From Parcubacteria group bacterium Gr01-1014_30 (GTDB lineage Bacteria > Patescibacteriota > Minisyncoccia > Minisyncoccales > 2-12-FULL-40-12): 64,000 nucleotides of DNA. The stretch lies in the NCBI GenBank assembly GCA_007376185.1, contig VMFS01000004.1, positions 165 through 64,164 of the forward strand. Direction: 5' to 3'. The notes under the pieces are model-generated. The model saw nothing but the letters and a program-made list of their open reading frames with translations, had not been told where the DNA came from and ran no database searches. Shown here in pieces: positions 1 through 7,650 of the stretch (position 1 is the stretch's first letter; every line of letters begins with the position of its first letter). A program made the translations under genes and the position numbers.

Positions 1-3
1 ATT

Positions 4-31
4 TGTCCGTTTTCCAGCGGACATTATTTTT
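4..31 (+). terminator. Intrinsic terminator of the gene lying upstream of the window
   Basis: Hairpin TGTCCG-ttttccag-CGGACA followed by TTATTTTT. Confidence 0.5.
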
Positions 32-78
32 ATAAAATGACTAATTAGGTAAATGAGAGCAATTAGAAATTTATTTTT

Positions 79-1275
79 ATGGATATAAAAAGTTTTACAT
101 CGGCTATTGCGCAGATTGCGGAAGAGCGGGGCATTTTGGCAGAGAAAGTCGTTGAGACCATAGAAAGCGCGGTTGCGGCGGCCTACAAAAAGGAATACAC
201 AAGCAGAGGCAAGGTAATCAAATGCAAGCTGGACCCCGTTTCTGGCGAGGCCAAGTTTTGGCAGGTTCTTTTGGTTGTTGATGATTCAATGATTTACAGC
301 GAGCTCGCAGAAGATAAATCTTCTTCTCCCCCAATCGCTAAAGCTCGGGAGGAAGAGCTGGCAAAGCTAAGAGAAAAAGAAAGTGAAGAAGGCGAAAAGA
401 AAATCCGCTTCAACCCGGAAAAACACATAATGATTGCTGAGGCAAAAAAAGCGAACCCCAAAGTTAAGCCGGGCGAGGAACTTGAAATACCTCTGAAAAC
501 AGAAAAGGATTTTGGGCGAATAGCCACGCAAACCGCCAAGCAGGTAATTTTGCAGAAGATAAAAGAAACCGAAAGAGAAACAATTTTGCAGGAGTACAAG
601 GCCAAAGAAGGGGAAATTGTTTCCGGTATAGTTCAGCGAGTTGAAGGCAGAAACGTTTATATGGACATCGGAAAGACCACTGGAGTGCTGGTGAAAGAAG
701 AGCAAATTCCCGGAGAGTTTTACAGGCCCGGGGCACGTCTCAAGGTTTTTGTGTTGAAAGCTGAAAGCACGCAAAAGGGGCCAGTGATATTTTTGTCGCG
801 TGCTTACCCTAAACTTATTTCCAAACTTTTTGAGCTGGAGGTACCCGAGGTGGCCTCGGGCGCAGTGCTTATTAAGTCAATTGCCCGAGAGCCGGGCTCG
901 CGCACCAAGATTGCCGTGGCTTCCAACATGGAGGGTGTTGATCCGATTGGTTCGGTTGTCGGCCAAAGAGGAACAAGGGTGCAGGCGGTGATACAGGAGT
1001 TGGGCGGCGAAAAAATTGACATTGTTGAGTGGTCCGATGACCCAGAAAAGTACATCACCAACTCTCTCTCCCCGGCAAAAGTTTTGGAAGTAAAAATTAT
1101 GCCAAAAAACAAAGCGCAGGCCGTGGTGCCAGAAGACCAGCTTTCCCTTGCCATTGGCAAGGACGGTCAAAACGTTCGTTTGGCTGCCAAGTTGACGGGC
1201 TGGAAAATAGACGTTAGGCCGCCTGAGGCAGAAGAAGCAAGATACGAGGAACAAGAAACAAACAAGAAACAATAA
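79..1275 (+). CDS. nusA: Transcription termination/antitermination factor NusA
   Basis: 398 aa. N-terminal NusA domain, an S1-like segment (GEIVSGIVQRVEGRNVYMDIG) and two KH repeats (GSRTKIAV...GVDPIGSVVGQRG; AIGKDGQNVRLAAKLTGWKIDV). Confidence 0.9.
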   Translation: MDIKSFTSAIAQIAEERGILAEKVVETIESAVAAAYKKEYTSRGKVIKCKLDPVSGEAKFWQVLLVVDDSMIYSELAEDKSSSPPIAKAREEELAKLREKESEEGEKKIRFNPEKHIMIAEAKKANPKVKPGEELEIPLKTEKDFGRIATQTAKQVILQKIKETERETILQEYKAKEGEIVSGIVQRVEGRNVYMDIGKTTGVLVKEEQIPGEFYRPGARLKVFVLKAESTQKGPVIFLSRAYPKLISKLFELEVPEVASGAVLIKSIAREPGSRTKIAVASNMEGVDPIGSVVGQRGTRVQAVIQELGGEKIDIVEWSDDPEKYITNSLSPAKVLEVKIMPKNKAQAVVPEDQLSLAIGKDGQNVRLAAKLTGWKIDVRPPEAEEARYEEQETNKKQ

Positions 1276-1365
1276 CCAAAATTCAAATTTCAAACCTTTG
1301 TTTTTTGGATATTGATATTTGAGATTTGTTTGCGTCTTGTATCTTGTTTTCTTGTATCTTATAAT

Positions 1366-1959
1366 ATGAGTATGAACTTGGCTCCAATGGTAATTGAGAA
1401 AAGTCAATACGGAGAGCGAGTTTACGATATTTACTCGCGGCTCTTGAAAGAAAGAATCATTTTTCTTGGGGCACCCATTATTGACCCTGTGGCAAACTCG
1501 GTTATTGCCCAGCTTCTTTTTTTGGCCTCGCAAGACCCGAAAAAAGACATTCAGCTCTACATCAACAGCCCCGGGGGAGTTTTAACTTCGGCCTTGGCGA
1601 TTTATGACACAATGCAGTATGTTAAGTGTCCGGTTTCAACCGTGTGCATTGGCCTCGCGGCTTCGGGGGCAGCTGTCTTGCTGGCTGCTGGCGAAAAAGG
1701 CAAAAGGTTTGCTTTGCCAAACTCAGAAATTTTACTGCACCAGGTGGCGGTTTCTGGAGTGGGCGGGCAGGCCGTGGAAATTGAGATAGCCGCAAAGCAG
1801 ATAGTAAAACTGAAAGACAGAGTCAATAAAATTTTGGTTTACCACACTGGGCAAGCATTGGAAAGGATTGAAAAGGACACGGACAGGGACTTTTATTTGG
1901 CATCGCAGGAAGCCATGGACTACGGCGTGATCGATGAGGTGATAAAAACAAAAAAGTAG
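1366..1959 (+). CDS. clpP: ATP-dependent Clp protease proteolytic subunit ClpP
   Basis: [26 protein letters not shown] and [14 protein letters not shown] are typical ClpP motifs. I moved the start from the ORF-track ATG at 1312 to the ATG at 1366, because the first 18 codons read through an intergenic hairpin region. Confidence 0.88.
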   Translation: MSMNLAPMVIEKSQYGERVYDIYSRLLKERIIFLGAPIIDPVANSVIAQLLFLASQDPKKDIQLYINSPGGVLTSALAIYDTMQYVKCPVSTVCIGLAASGAAVLLAAGEKGKRFALPNSEILLHQVAVSGVGGQAVEIEIAAKQIVKLKDRVNKILVYHTGQALERIEKDTDRDFYLASQEAMDYGVIDEVIKTKK

Positions 1960-1970
1960 TCATTGCTACT

Positions 1971-2369
1971 ATGCCAAACTTGGACAAAAAAGTCATCTTA
2001 ACCCTGGCTGCTTTCCTAATTCTGGTAATAGGGCTTTGGTCCTTCTTTTACGTTAGACAGAAAGACCAGGCATACAAAAAAGCGCTGTCAGAAAACGAAG
2101 CCCTTTTGGTAGTTGACTACGGACGAGGCAAGGAAAGGTGGTTCAAAGGCGAGGTGGTGCAGGGAATGACCGTGAGAGATGTTTTGGAAACGTCGGGGTC
2201 AACGGGTAGTTTTGGCTTTGTCGCAAACGGAGCACTCTTGGAGCTTGACGGTCTTTCCAACGGAAAAGAAGGGAAATGGCGCTGCTACCTTAACAACCGC
2301 AAGTTAACAGGGGTTCTGAGTCAGAGGATAATTTCTCCGCAAGACAAGATCGTTTGCAAATATAGGTAG
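1971..2369 (+). CDS. Membrane-anchored hypothetical protein, DUF4430-like C-terminus
   Basis: 132 aa. N-terminal TM helix. The GKWRCYLNNRKL...ISPQDKIVCKY pattern resembles DUF4430 as I recall it. Confidence 0.45.
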   Translation: MPNLDKKVILTLAAFLILVIGLWSFFYVRQKDQAYKKALSENEALLVVDYGRGKERWFKGEVVQGMTVRDVLETSGSTGSFGFVANGALLELDGLSNGKEGKWRCYLNNRKLTGVLSQRIISPQDKIVCKYR

Positions 2370-2424
2370 GTTTGCTATTATGATATTGTAATTCGTAATA
2401 TGGTAGTAAATTGCCAAAAAACTT

Positions 2425-3921
2425 ATGAATGTATTTATACTGTTGTTCACAGGCGTTTTGGCGTTGTTTGCGGGTTCAATTCTGGGTTACTTTGCAAGGC
2501 AGTCAATAGCCAAAAAACAAGTAGGTACTGTAGAAGAGCGGCTTCACAAAAAAATCTCGCAAGCCCAAAAAGAGGCTGAGACAATTTTAGAAGGAGCCCA
2601 GCAACAAGCTGGTCAAAGGCGCAAAGAACTTTTGGAAACGGAGAAAGTGCTCTTTAAAAGAGAGCGCATTTTAGATGATAAACTCTCGCAGTTTGAACTA
2701 AAAGAAAAGGAGTTTCAAAGACGCGTTGACCAGTTAAAGAAAATAAAGCAAGACCTGGAGGCTTCGCGCAAGGAAACCCAGCAAAAGCTGGAAAAAATCG
2801 GCAAATTATCTAAGGAAGAAGCGAGAAAAGAGATATCGGCTTTAGCTGAAAAAGATTACCAAAAGGATTTAACCGACCGTTTGAAAAAACTTGAGGCAGA
2901 GGGCTGGCAGAGATTTGAGAAAAAAGCCAGAGAGTTGACTGCCCTGGCAATACAAAAGGTTGCCGTTTCTCAGGCGCAGGAACTGACCACAACGACCGTG
3001 TCCTTGCCTTCAGAAGACATCAAAGGAAGAATCATCGGTAAAGAAGGCAGAAACATCAGGACTTTGGAGCGTTTGACCGGCGTGGAATTCGTGGTTGACG
3101 AAAGTCCGGAAGCGGTTCTGATTTCGGGCTTTGACCCGATAAGGAGGCAAATTGCGAAAATAGCTCTGCAAAAGCTCATTGCCGACGGCAGGATTCAGCC
3201 CTCGCGAATTGAAGAGCAGGTGGAGCAGGCGAAAGCCGAAATCAGCACTCAAATAAAGGAAGCCGGAGAAACAGCGGTTTATGAAGCCGGCCTCTTGAAC
3301 ATTGACCCAAAGCTTGTTCAATTGCTGGGGCGTTTGCGTTTCAGAACTAGCTACAGTCAGAATGTTTTGGCGCACTCCCTGGAAGTGGCTTTTTTGGCTG
3401 AGGCCTTGGCTCAAGAGCTGGGAGCTGACGCAAAAGTCGCCAAAAAGGCGGGTTTGCTGCACGACATAGGAAAATCAATAGACCGGCAGGTTGAGGGTTC
3501 GCACATTGACATCGGAATCAAAATTCTGGAAAAGTTTGGTGTGGAAAAAGAAGTTATCTCAGCCATGAAATCGCACCACGAAGATTATCCCTACGAAAGT
3601 TTGGAGGCTACAATTGTGCAGGCCGCCGACGCCATCTCGGCCTCGCGCCCCGGAGCCAGAAGGGACAATTTGGAAAATTATCTTAAACGGTTGAGCGACC
3701 TGGAAAATGTTGCCACTTCTTTCTCGGGAGTGGAAAAGGCCTATGCCATACAGGCCGGGCGCGAAATAAGGGTTTTTGTTAGACCCGAGGAAATTGACGA
3801 ATGGGCCGCAAAAAAAATGGCTCGCGACATCGCCGACAAAATTCAGGAAGAATTGAGGTACCCCGGAGAAATAAAAGTCACTCTAATTAGAGAGAGCAGA
3901 GTGGTGGAGTATGCTAAGTAA
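2425..3921 (+). CDS. rny: Ribonuclease Y
   Basis: 498 aa. N-terminal TM helix, coiled-coil region, KH domain (IKGRIIGKEGRNIRTLE) and HD domain (LAHSLEVA...LLHDIGK). Confidence 0.9.
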   Translation: MNVFILLFTGVLALFAGSILGYFARQSIAKKQVGTVEERLHKKISQAQKEAETILEGAQQQAGQRRKELLETEKVLFKRERILDDKLSQFELKEKEFQRRVDQLKKIKQDLEASRKETQQKLEKIGKLSKEEARKEISALAEKDYQKDLTDRLKKLEAEGWQRFEKKARELTALAIQKVAVSQAQELTTTTVSLPSEDIKGRIIGKEGRNIRTLERLTGVEFVVDESPEAVLISGFDPIRRQIAKIALQKLIADGRIQPSRIEEQVEQAKAEISTQIKEAGETAVYEAGLLNIDPKLVQLLGRLRFRTSYSQNVLAHSLEVAFLAEALAQELGADAKVAKKAGLLHDIGKSIDRQVEGSHIDIGIKILEKFGVEKEVISAMKSHHEDYPYESLEATIVQAADAISASRPGARRDNLENYLKRLSDLENVATSFSGVEKAYAIQAGREIRVFVRPEEIDEWAAKKMARDIADKIQEELRYPGEIKVTLIRESRVVEYAK

Positions 3922-3987
3922 AAATTACCCCGACCCCCAGCTTTAAAAACCCTCGGTTTTTAATATTTTCCGACACGGGGTAATTTT
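3921..3987. ncRNA. Copy A of a tRNA-associated structured element (could also act as a bidirectional terminator)
   Basis: 12-bp closing stem AAAATTACCCCG/CGGGGTAATTTT, conserved ACCCCCAGCTT, and an inner hairpin TTAAAAACC-ctc-GGTTTTTAA. Homologous to 4092-4182 and 62031-62191. Confidence 0.55.
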
Positions 3988-3988
3988 A

Positions 3989-4013
3989 AAGAATAGCCCT
4001 TTGGGCTATTCTT
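3989..4013 (-). terminator. Hairpin directly downstream of tRNA-Gly(UCC)
   Basis: AAGAATAGCCC-ttt-GGGCTATTCTT, an 11-bp stem, 3 nt after the tRNA 3' end on the minus strand. Confidence 0.5.
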
Positions 4014-4016
4014 GCG

Positions 4017-4090
4017 TGGAGCGGGCAACGGGATTTGCGCCCGTGCTTAAACCTTGGAAGGGTTTCGTGCTGCTGCTACACCATGCCCGC
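4017..4090 (-). tRNA. tRNA-Gly(UCC), CCA encoded, non-canonical D and T loops
   Basis: Minus strand reads GCGGGCA TG GTGT AGCAGCA GCAC G AAACC CTTCCAA GGTTT AAGC ACGGG CGCAAAT CCCGT TGCCCGC T CCA. The cloverleaf folds fully. The T-loop is CGCAAAT rather than TTCRANY, and the D-loop lacks GG. Confidence 0.85.
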
Positions 4091-4091
4091 A

Positions 4092-4182
4092 TAAAATCCC
4101 CCGACCCCCGGCTTAAGAAACCTTCGGTTTCTTACGTCAGTCGCTATCGCTCTTTCCTATTTTTCCAACACGGGGGATTTTA
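4092..4182 (-). ncRNA. Copy B of the tRNA-associated structured element (5' leader of tRNA-Gly)
   Basis: Closing stem TAAAATCCCCCG/CGGGGGATTTTA and inner hairpin TAAGAAACC-ttc-GGTTTCTTA. It ends 1 nt before tRNA-Gly position +1. Confidence 0.6.
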
Positions 4183-4211
4183 CTCCTCCGCTAAAGCTGC
4201 GGAGGGCAAGT

Positions 4212-4240
4212 CGGGGTGCCGAGATTTGAACTCGGGCTAA
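4212..4240 (-). other. tRNA 3'-half-like fragment (T-arm plus acceptor strand)
   Basis: Minus strand reads TTAGC CCGAG TTCAAAT CTCGG CACCCCG A. This is a perfect T-arm with a Pro-type acceptor 3' strand, but no matching complete 5' half is present. Confidence 0.5.
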
Positions 4241-4258
4241 ACCCCGCCCATTTTGCTT

Positions 4259-4331
4259 TCGGGGCACTCGGACTCGAACCGAGAATCAGACGCTCCCAAA
4301 GCGCCTATGTTAACCATTACACTATGCCCCG
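4259..4331 (-). tRNA. tRNA-Pro(UGG)
   Basis: Minus strand reads CGGGGCA TA GTGT AATGGTTA ACAT A GGCGC TTTGGGA GCGTC TGATT CTCGG TTCGAGT CCGAG TGCCCCG A. No CCA is encoded. Confidence 0.9.
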
Positions 4332-4344
4332 ATAATGGGCGGGG

Positions 4345-4370
4345 CTATGCTGCCATTACACCACACCCGC
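4345..4370 (-). other. tRNA 5'-half-like fragment (acceptor strand plus D-arm)
   Basis: Minus strand reads GCGGGTG TG GTGT AATGGCA GCAT. It resembles the 5' half of the Gly tRNAs in this window, but no anticodon arm follows. Confidence 0.45.
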
Positions 4371-4422
4371 AGTTAATAATCCCTAAACCTAAACCCTATA
4401 TCCTAAACTCTATCATAGTTTT

Positions 4423-4500
4423 CCCCGTAATACAACTTCGACTCGCTTCGCGATTACAGGATTTTCTAAAAGAAAATCCTGTCGAAGATGATATATGGGG
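4423..4500 (+). promoter_or_regulatory. Candidate cis-regulatory RNA, copy 1 (leader of the HK-RR-pilB operon)
   Basis: The ends CCCCGTAATACAACTTC ... GAAGATGATATATGGGG are conserved with 43049-43128. The outer stem has a G-U pair only on the plus strand. The second stem covaries: CTTCGAC/GTCGAAG here versus CTTCCA/TGGAAG in copy 2. Confidence 0.5.
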
Positions 4501-4536
4501 TTTGCTTGTTTTTCAAACTGGTGTATAATACTTTTA

Positions 4537-5484
4537 ATGGTGCCGAAAAGAACGCCAGAGCAATCCAGCATTTTTGCTCAGTGCGAAAAGTACGGAATTC
4601 CTTTGGGGCAGTGTCCTTCTTTTTTGTTTTTGGTGATGGGGCTTATAATTATCGCCTCCTCTTTGATCGCCTGGGGAATAGGTACCCGTTACATTGCAGA
4701 CCCGGAAACAGTCGCTTTGGTCGTTCTGGCCTTGACCGCCACTTTACTGGTTATGACCTATATTATCACCAAGAGCTTTGAAAAGCTGGCAGAGGCCTCG
4801 CGCTTGAAGTCCGAGTTTATCAGCGTCGTTTCCCATCAGCTGAGATCCCCTCTTATCAACTTGAAATGGGCTACGGAGATATTGATGTCTGGTGAGTTGG
4901 GGCCGATTGCGGACAAGCAAACAGAGTACTTCAGAATTTTGAAGGAAAACTCAGTCAGAATGGCGGGACTTGTTTCCGACTTGCTGACCGTGTCCCGAAT
5001 TGAAACGGCCAATCTGCATTTGAAGAAGCAGAACTTGTCCTTGCCAGAATTGGTAGAAAGTTTAATCGCGGACTTTGCGCCGTTTTGCGAAGCGTCAAAC
5101 ATAGATATAGAGTTTAACAAGGAAAACCTTTTGCCCAGCGTTTTTGCTGATCCTTCCCAAGTGCGCCTGGCTGTGGAAAATCTCTTGGACAACGCCGTCC
5201 GTTACGTTAAAGCCAGCGGCAAGATAAAAATTTCCTTGGCCAGAAAAAGCAGCAACGTTCATTTTGCAATACAAGACAACGGCGTTGGAATCACGCAAGA
5301 AGACCATAAATATATTTTCCAAAAGTTTTTCAGATCTGAAAATGCTTTGAAGCACCAAACGCAGGGTTCGGGGCTCGGTCTTTACATTGCCAAATCAATC
5401 ATTGAAAGGTCGGGAGGCAAAATTGGCTTTGAAAGCCAAGAAGGCAAGGGTTCCACTTTCTGGTTCACCCTGCCGATTAAATAA
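4537..5484 (+). CDS. Sensor histidine kinase
   Basis: H-box SEFISVVSHQLRSPL and HATPase_c motifs DNAVRY, QDNGVGI, GSGLGLYIAKSIIE. Two N-terminal TM helices. The start is uncertain: the ORF-track ATG at 4495 lies inside the upstream RNA element, so the ATG at 4537 is preferred. Confidence 0.85.
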   Translation: MVPKRTPEQSSIFAQCEKYGIPLGQCPSFLFLVMGLIIIASSLIAWGIGTRYIADPETVALVVLALTATLLVMTYIITKSFEKLAEASRLKSEFISVVSHQLRSPLINLKWATEILMSGELGPIADKQTEYFRILKENSVRMAGLVSDLLTVSRIETANLHLKKQNLSLPELVESLIADFAPFCEASNIDIEFNKENLLPSVFADPSQVRLAVENLLDNAVRYVKASGKIKISLARKSSNVHFAIQDNGVGITQEDHKYIFQKFFRSENALKHQTQGSGLGLYIAKSIIERSGGKIGFESQEGKGSTFWFTLPIK

Positions 5485-5485
5485 T

Positions 5486-5854
5486 ATGAAAAAGATTTTG
5501 TTTATAGAAGACGAAGCGGTTATTCAAAAAACCATCGGCGACGTTTTGAGACAGAAAGGGTATGACATGGCGTCGTCCCTGGACGGGGAATCCGGTCTCA
5601 GAATTGCAAAAAGCATGAAGCCCGACTTAATTTTACTAGACCTTATTTTGCCGAAAATGAACGGCTTTGAAGTGCTCAAGGAATTAAAAGGGGACGAGGC
5701 GACTAGAGATATCCCTGTTATTGTTTTGACAAATCTTGAAGGAGTTGGCGACATTGACAGAGTCATTGAGCTGGGAGCTAAAACCTATTTGGTAAAAGCC
5801 GAATACTCTTTGGAAGAAGTGGTGGATAAAATAAAAAAAACTCTGGGAGAGTAA
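5486..5854 (+). CDS. Single-domain response regulator (CheY-like receiver)
   Basis: MKKILFIEDE...DLILLDLILPKMNGFEVL...PVIVLTN...KAEY. The start is placed at the ATG 1 nt after the kinase stop, because the ORF-track extension overlaps the kinase gene. Confidence 0.88.
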   Translation: MKKILFIEDEAVIQKTIGDVLRQKGYDMASSLDGESGLRIAKSMKPDLILLDLILPKMNGFEVLKELKGDEATRDIPVIVLTNLEGVGDIDRVIELGAKTYLVKAEYSLEEVVDKIKKTLGE

Positions 5855-5863
5855 ATCATACTC

Positions 5864-7615
5864 ATGAGAGTAGAGCCGCAGCAGTTAAAAGCGTTCTTGC
5901 TGGATGCTGGCTTAGTCAAGGAGGAACAGTTTAAAGAAGCTCTTAAAAAAGCCGAAAAAACAAAGCAGAAAGTCGGCGACGTTTTGGTTTCAGAAGGCAT
6001 AGTGTCTCAAGAAGAGCTTATTAGGCTGGAGGCGTATATTTTGGGAGTTCCTTTTGTCAACCTGGAAAAAGAAGTCGTCCCCAACGAAGTTTTAAAAGTC
6101 ATTCCAGAGCCTATAGCTAGAAAGCACAACATCGTCGCTTTCAGAAAGAAGGCAAACTCTCTGGAGGTGGCAATGCTGGATCCCGACGACCTGAGAACGG
6201 TTGAGTTCATCAAAAAGAAAGAACCCGGGTTGAAGGTGTTGCCACGCTTGACGACCCCTGAGTCAATAAAGAACGTTCTCCAGCAGTACCAAAAAACCTT
6301 GGAGGCGGAGTTTGGCGAAATAATCAGAAAAGAAGCCGGAGAAATCCGTTCCATTAAAGAAGAAGAGCATTTTGAGGAAAAAGCCGAGCTTCAAAAGGCG
6401 GCCGAAGAACTGCCCGTAATTAAAATAGTTGACACTTTGATGAAACACGCCATTTTGCAGAGGGCTTCTGACATTCACATTGAGCCGTTGGAAAAAGAAG
6501 TGGTGGTGAGATACAGGATTGACGGTATTCTGCACGACGCCATGGTTCTGCCAAAAGGCGTGGCCCCTGGTATTGTCGCCAGAATCAAAGTTCTTTCCAA
6601 CTTGAAGTTAGACGAACACCGTTTGCCTCAAGACGGTAGGTTCAAAATTGAAACGGAAGAGTACAAGTATTCGGTCAGGGTTTCGGTTTTGCCGATTTTT
6701 GACGGGGAGAAAATTGTAATGCGTTTGCTGTCAGAACAGTCCCACGCATTCACGCTGGAAGGGCTGGGTCTTAGAGATGAGTCCTTGGAAAAGGTTCAAA
6801 GCGCAATAAGAAAACCAGTGGGGATGATTTTGATTACCGGGCCCACGGGTTCTGGCAAAACCACGACTTTGTACGCGATGATGGAAATTTTGAACACTCC
6901 GGGAGTAAACATTGCCACGGTTGAGGATCCGGTTGAGTACAGAATGCCCAGAATAAACCAAACGCAAGTTAACCCCAAAACCGGATTAACTTTCGCTTCG
7001 GGATTGAGATCGTTGGTAAGGCAAGACCCGGATATAATCATGGTGGGCGAAGTCAGGGATTCAGAAACGGCGGATTTAGCTATTAACGCGGCTTTGACGG
7101 GACATATGGTTTTGTCCACACTGCACACAACCGACGCTTCAGGAGCCATACCGCGTATGGTTGACATGCAAGTTGAACCATTCTTGCTTTCATCAACTTT
7201 AAATGTTATTATAGCCCAGCGCTTGGTGCGGCGTCTCTGTAAAGAGAAAGAGAAGTATACTCTGCGAGAATCCGATTTAAAAAACTTGGCCAAGTACTGC
7301 AACTTGGAAAGAATCTTGAAGATTCTGCGAGAAGAGAAAATTATTAAGCCCAAAGACAAGTTCCAAGATATTGGGTTTTTCAGACCAAAGGCTTCCAAAG
7401 AGTGTCCCGAAGGATATTTGGGAAGGTTGGGCATTTACGAGGTCTTGCCCGTTACGGAAAGCATAAAAGAATTGATTGTCAAGAGAGCGACTTCAGGCCA
7501 CATTATGCAGCAGGCCCTTAGAGAAGGAATGCGCACGATGGTTGAGGACGGTTTTGTTAAAGCGGCTCAGGGAATAACCAGCATTGAAGAGGTGCTTAGA
7601 GTAATAGTTGAGTAA
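5864..7615 (+). CDS. pilB: Type IV pilus / type II secretion assembly ATPase (PilB/GspE family)
   Basis: 583 aa. N-terminal GSPII_E_N-like domain, Walker A GPTGSGKTTT, Asp box, Walker B IIMVGEVRD and His box TGHMVLSTLHT. Confidence 0.88.
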   Translation: MRVEPQQLKAFLLDAGLVKEEQFKEALKKAEKTKQKVGDVLVSEGIVSQEELIRLEAYILGVPFVNLEKEVVPNEVLKVIPEPIARKHNIVAFRKKANSLEVAMLDPDDLRTVEFIKKKEPGLKVLPRLTTPESIKNVLQQYQKTLEAEFGEIIRKEAGEIRSIKEEEHFEEKAELQKAAEELPVIKIVDTLMKHAILQRASDIHIEPLEKEVVVRYRIDGILHDAMVLPKGVAPGIVARIKVLSNLKLDEHRLPQDGRFKIETEEYKYSVRVSVLPIFDGEKIVMRLLSEQSHAFTLEGLGLRDESLEKVQSAIRKPVGMILITGPTGSGKTTTLYAMMEILNTPGVNIATVEDPVEYRMPRINQTQVNPKTGLTFASGLRSLVRQDPDIIMVGEVRDSETADLAINAALTGHMVLSTLHTTDASGAIPRMVDMQVEPFLLSSTLNVIIAQRLVRRLCKEKEKYTLRESDLKNLAKYCNLERILKILREEKIIKPKDKFQDIGFFRPKASKECPEGYLGRLGIYEVLPVTESIKELIVKRATSGHIMQQALREGMRTMVEDGFVKAAQGITSIEEVLRVIVE

Positions 7616-7650
7616 GAAGAAGGTTGTTTTATTGATTTTTAATTTTAATC

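Noticed and set aside
4001-4528. ORF-track ORFs 4001-4240 (79 aa) and 4253-4528 (91 aa) on the plus strand
   Set aside because: They run antisense through tRNA-Gly, tRNA-Pro and the structured repeats. Their peptides are simply translations of tRNA and repeat sequence; the same KKPSV peptide reappears at 61986-62321 from the homologous repeat.
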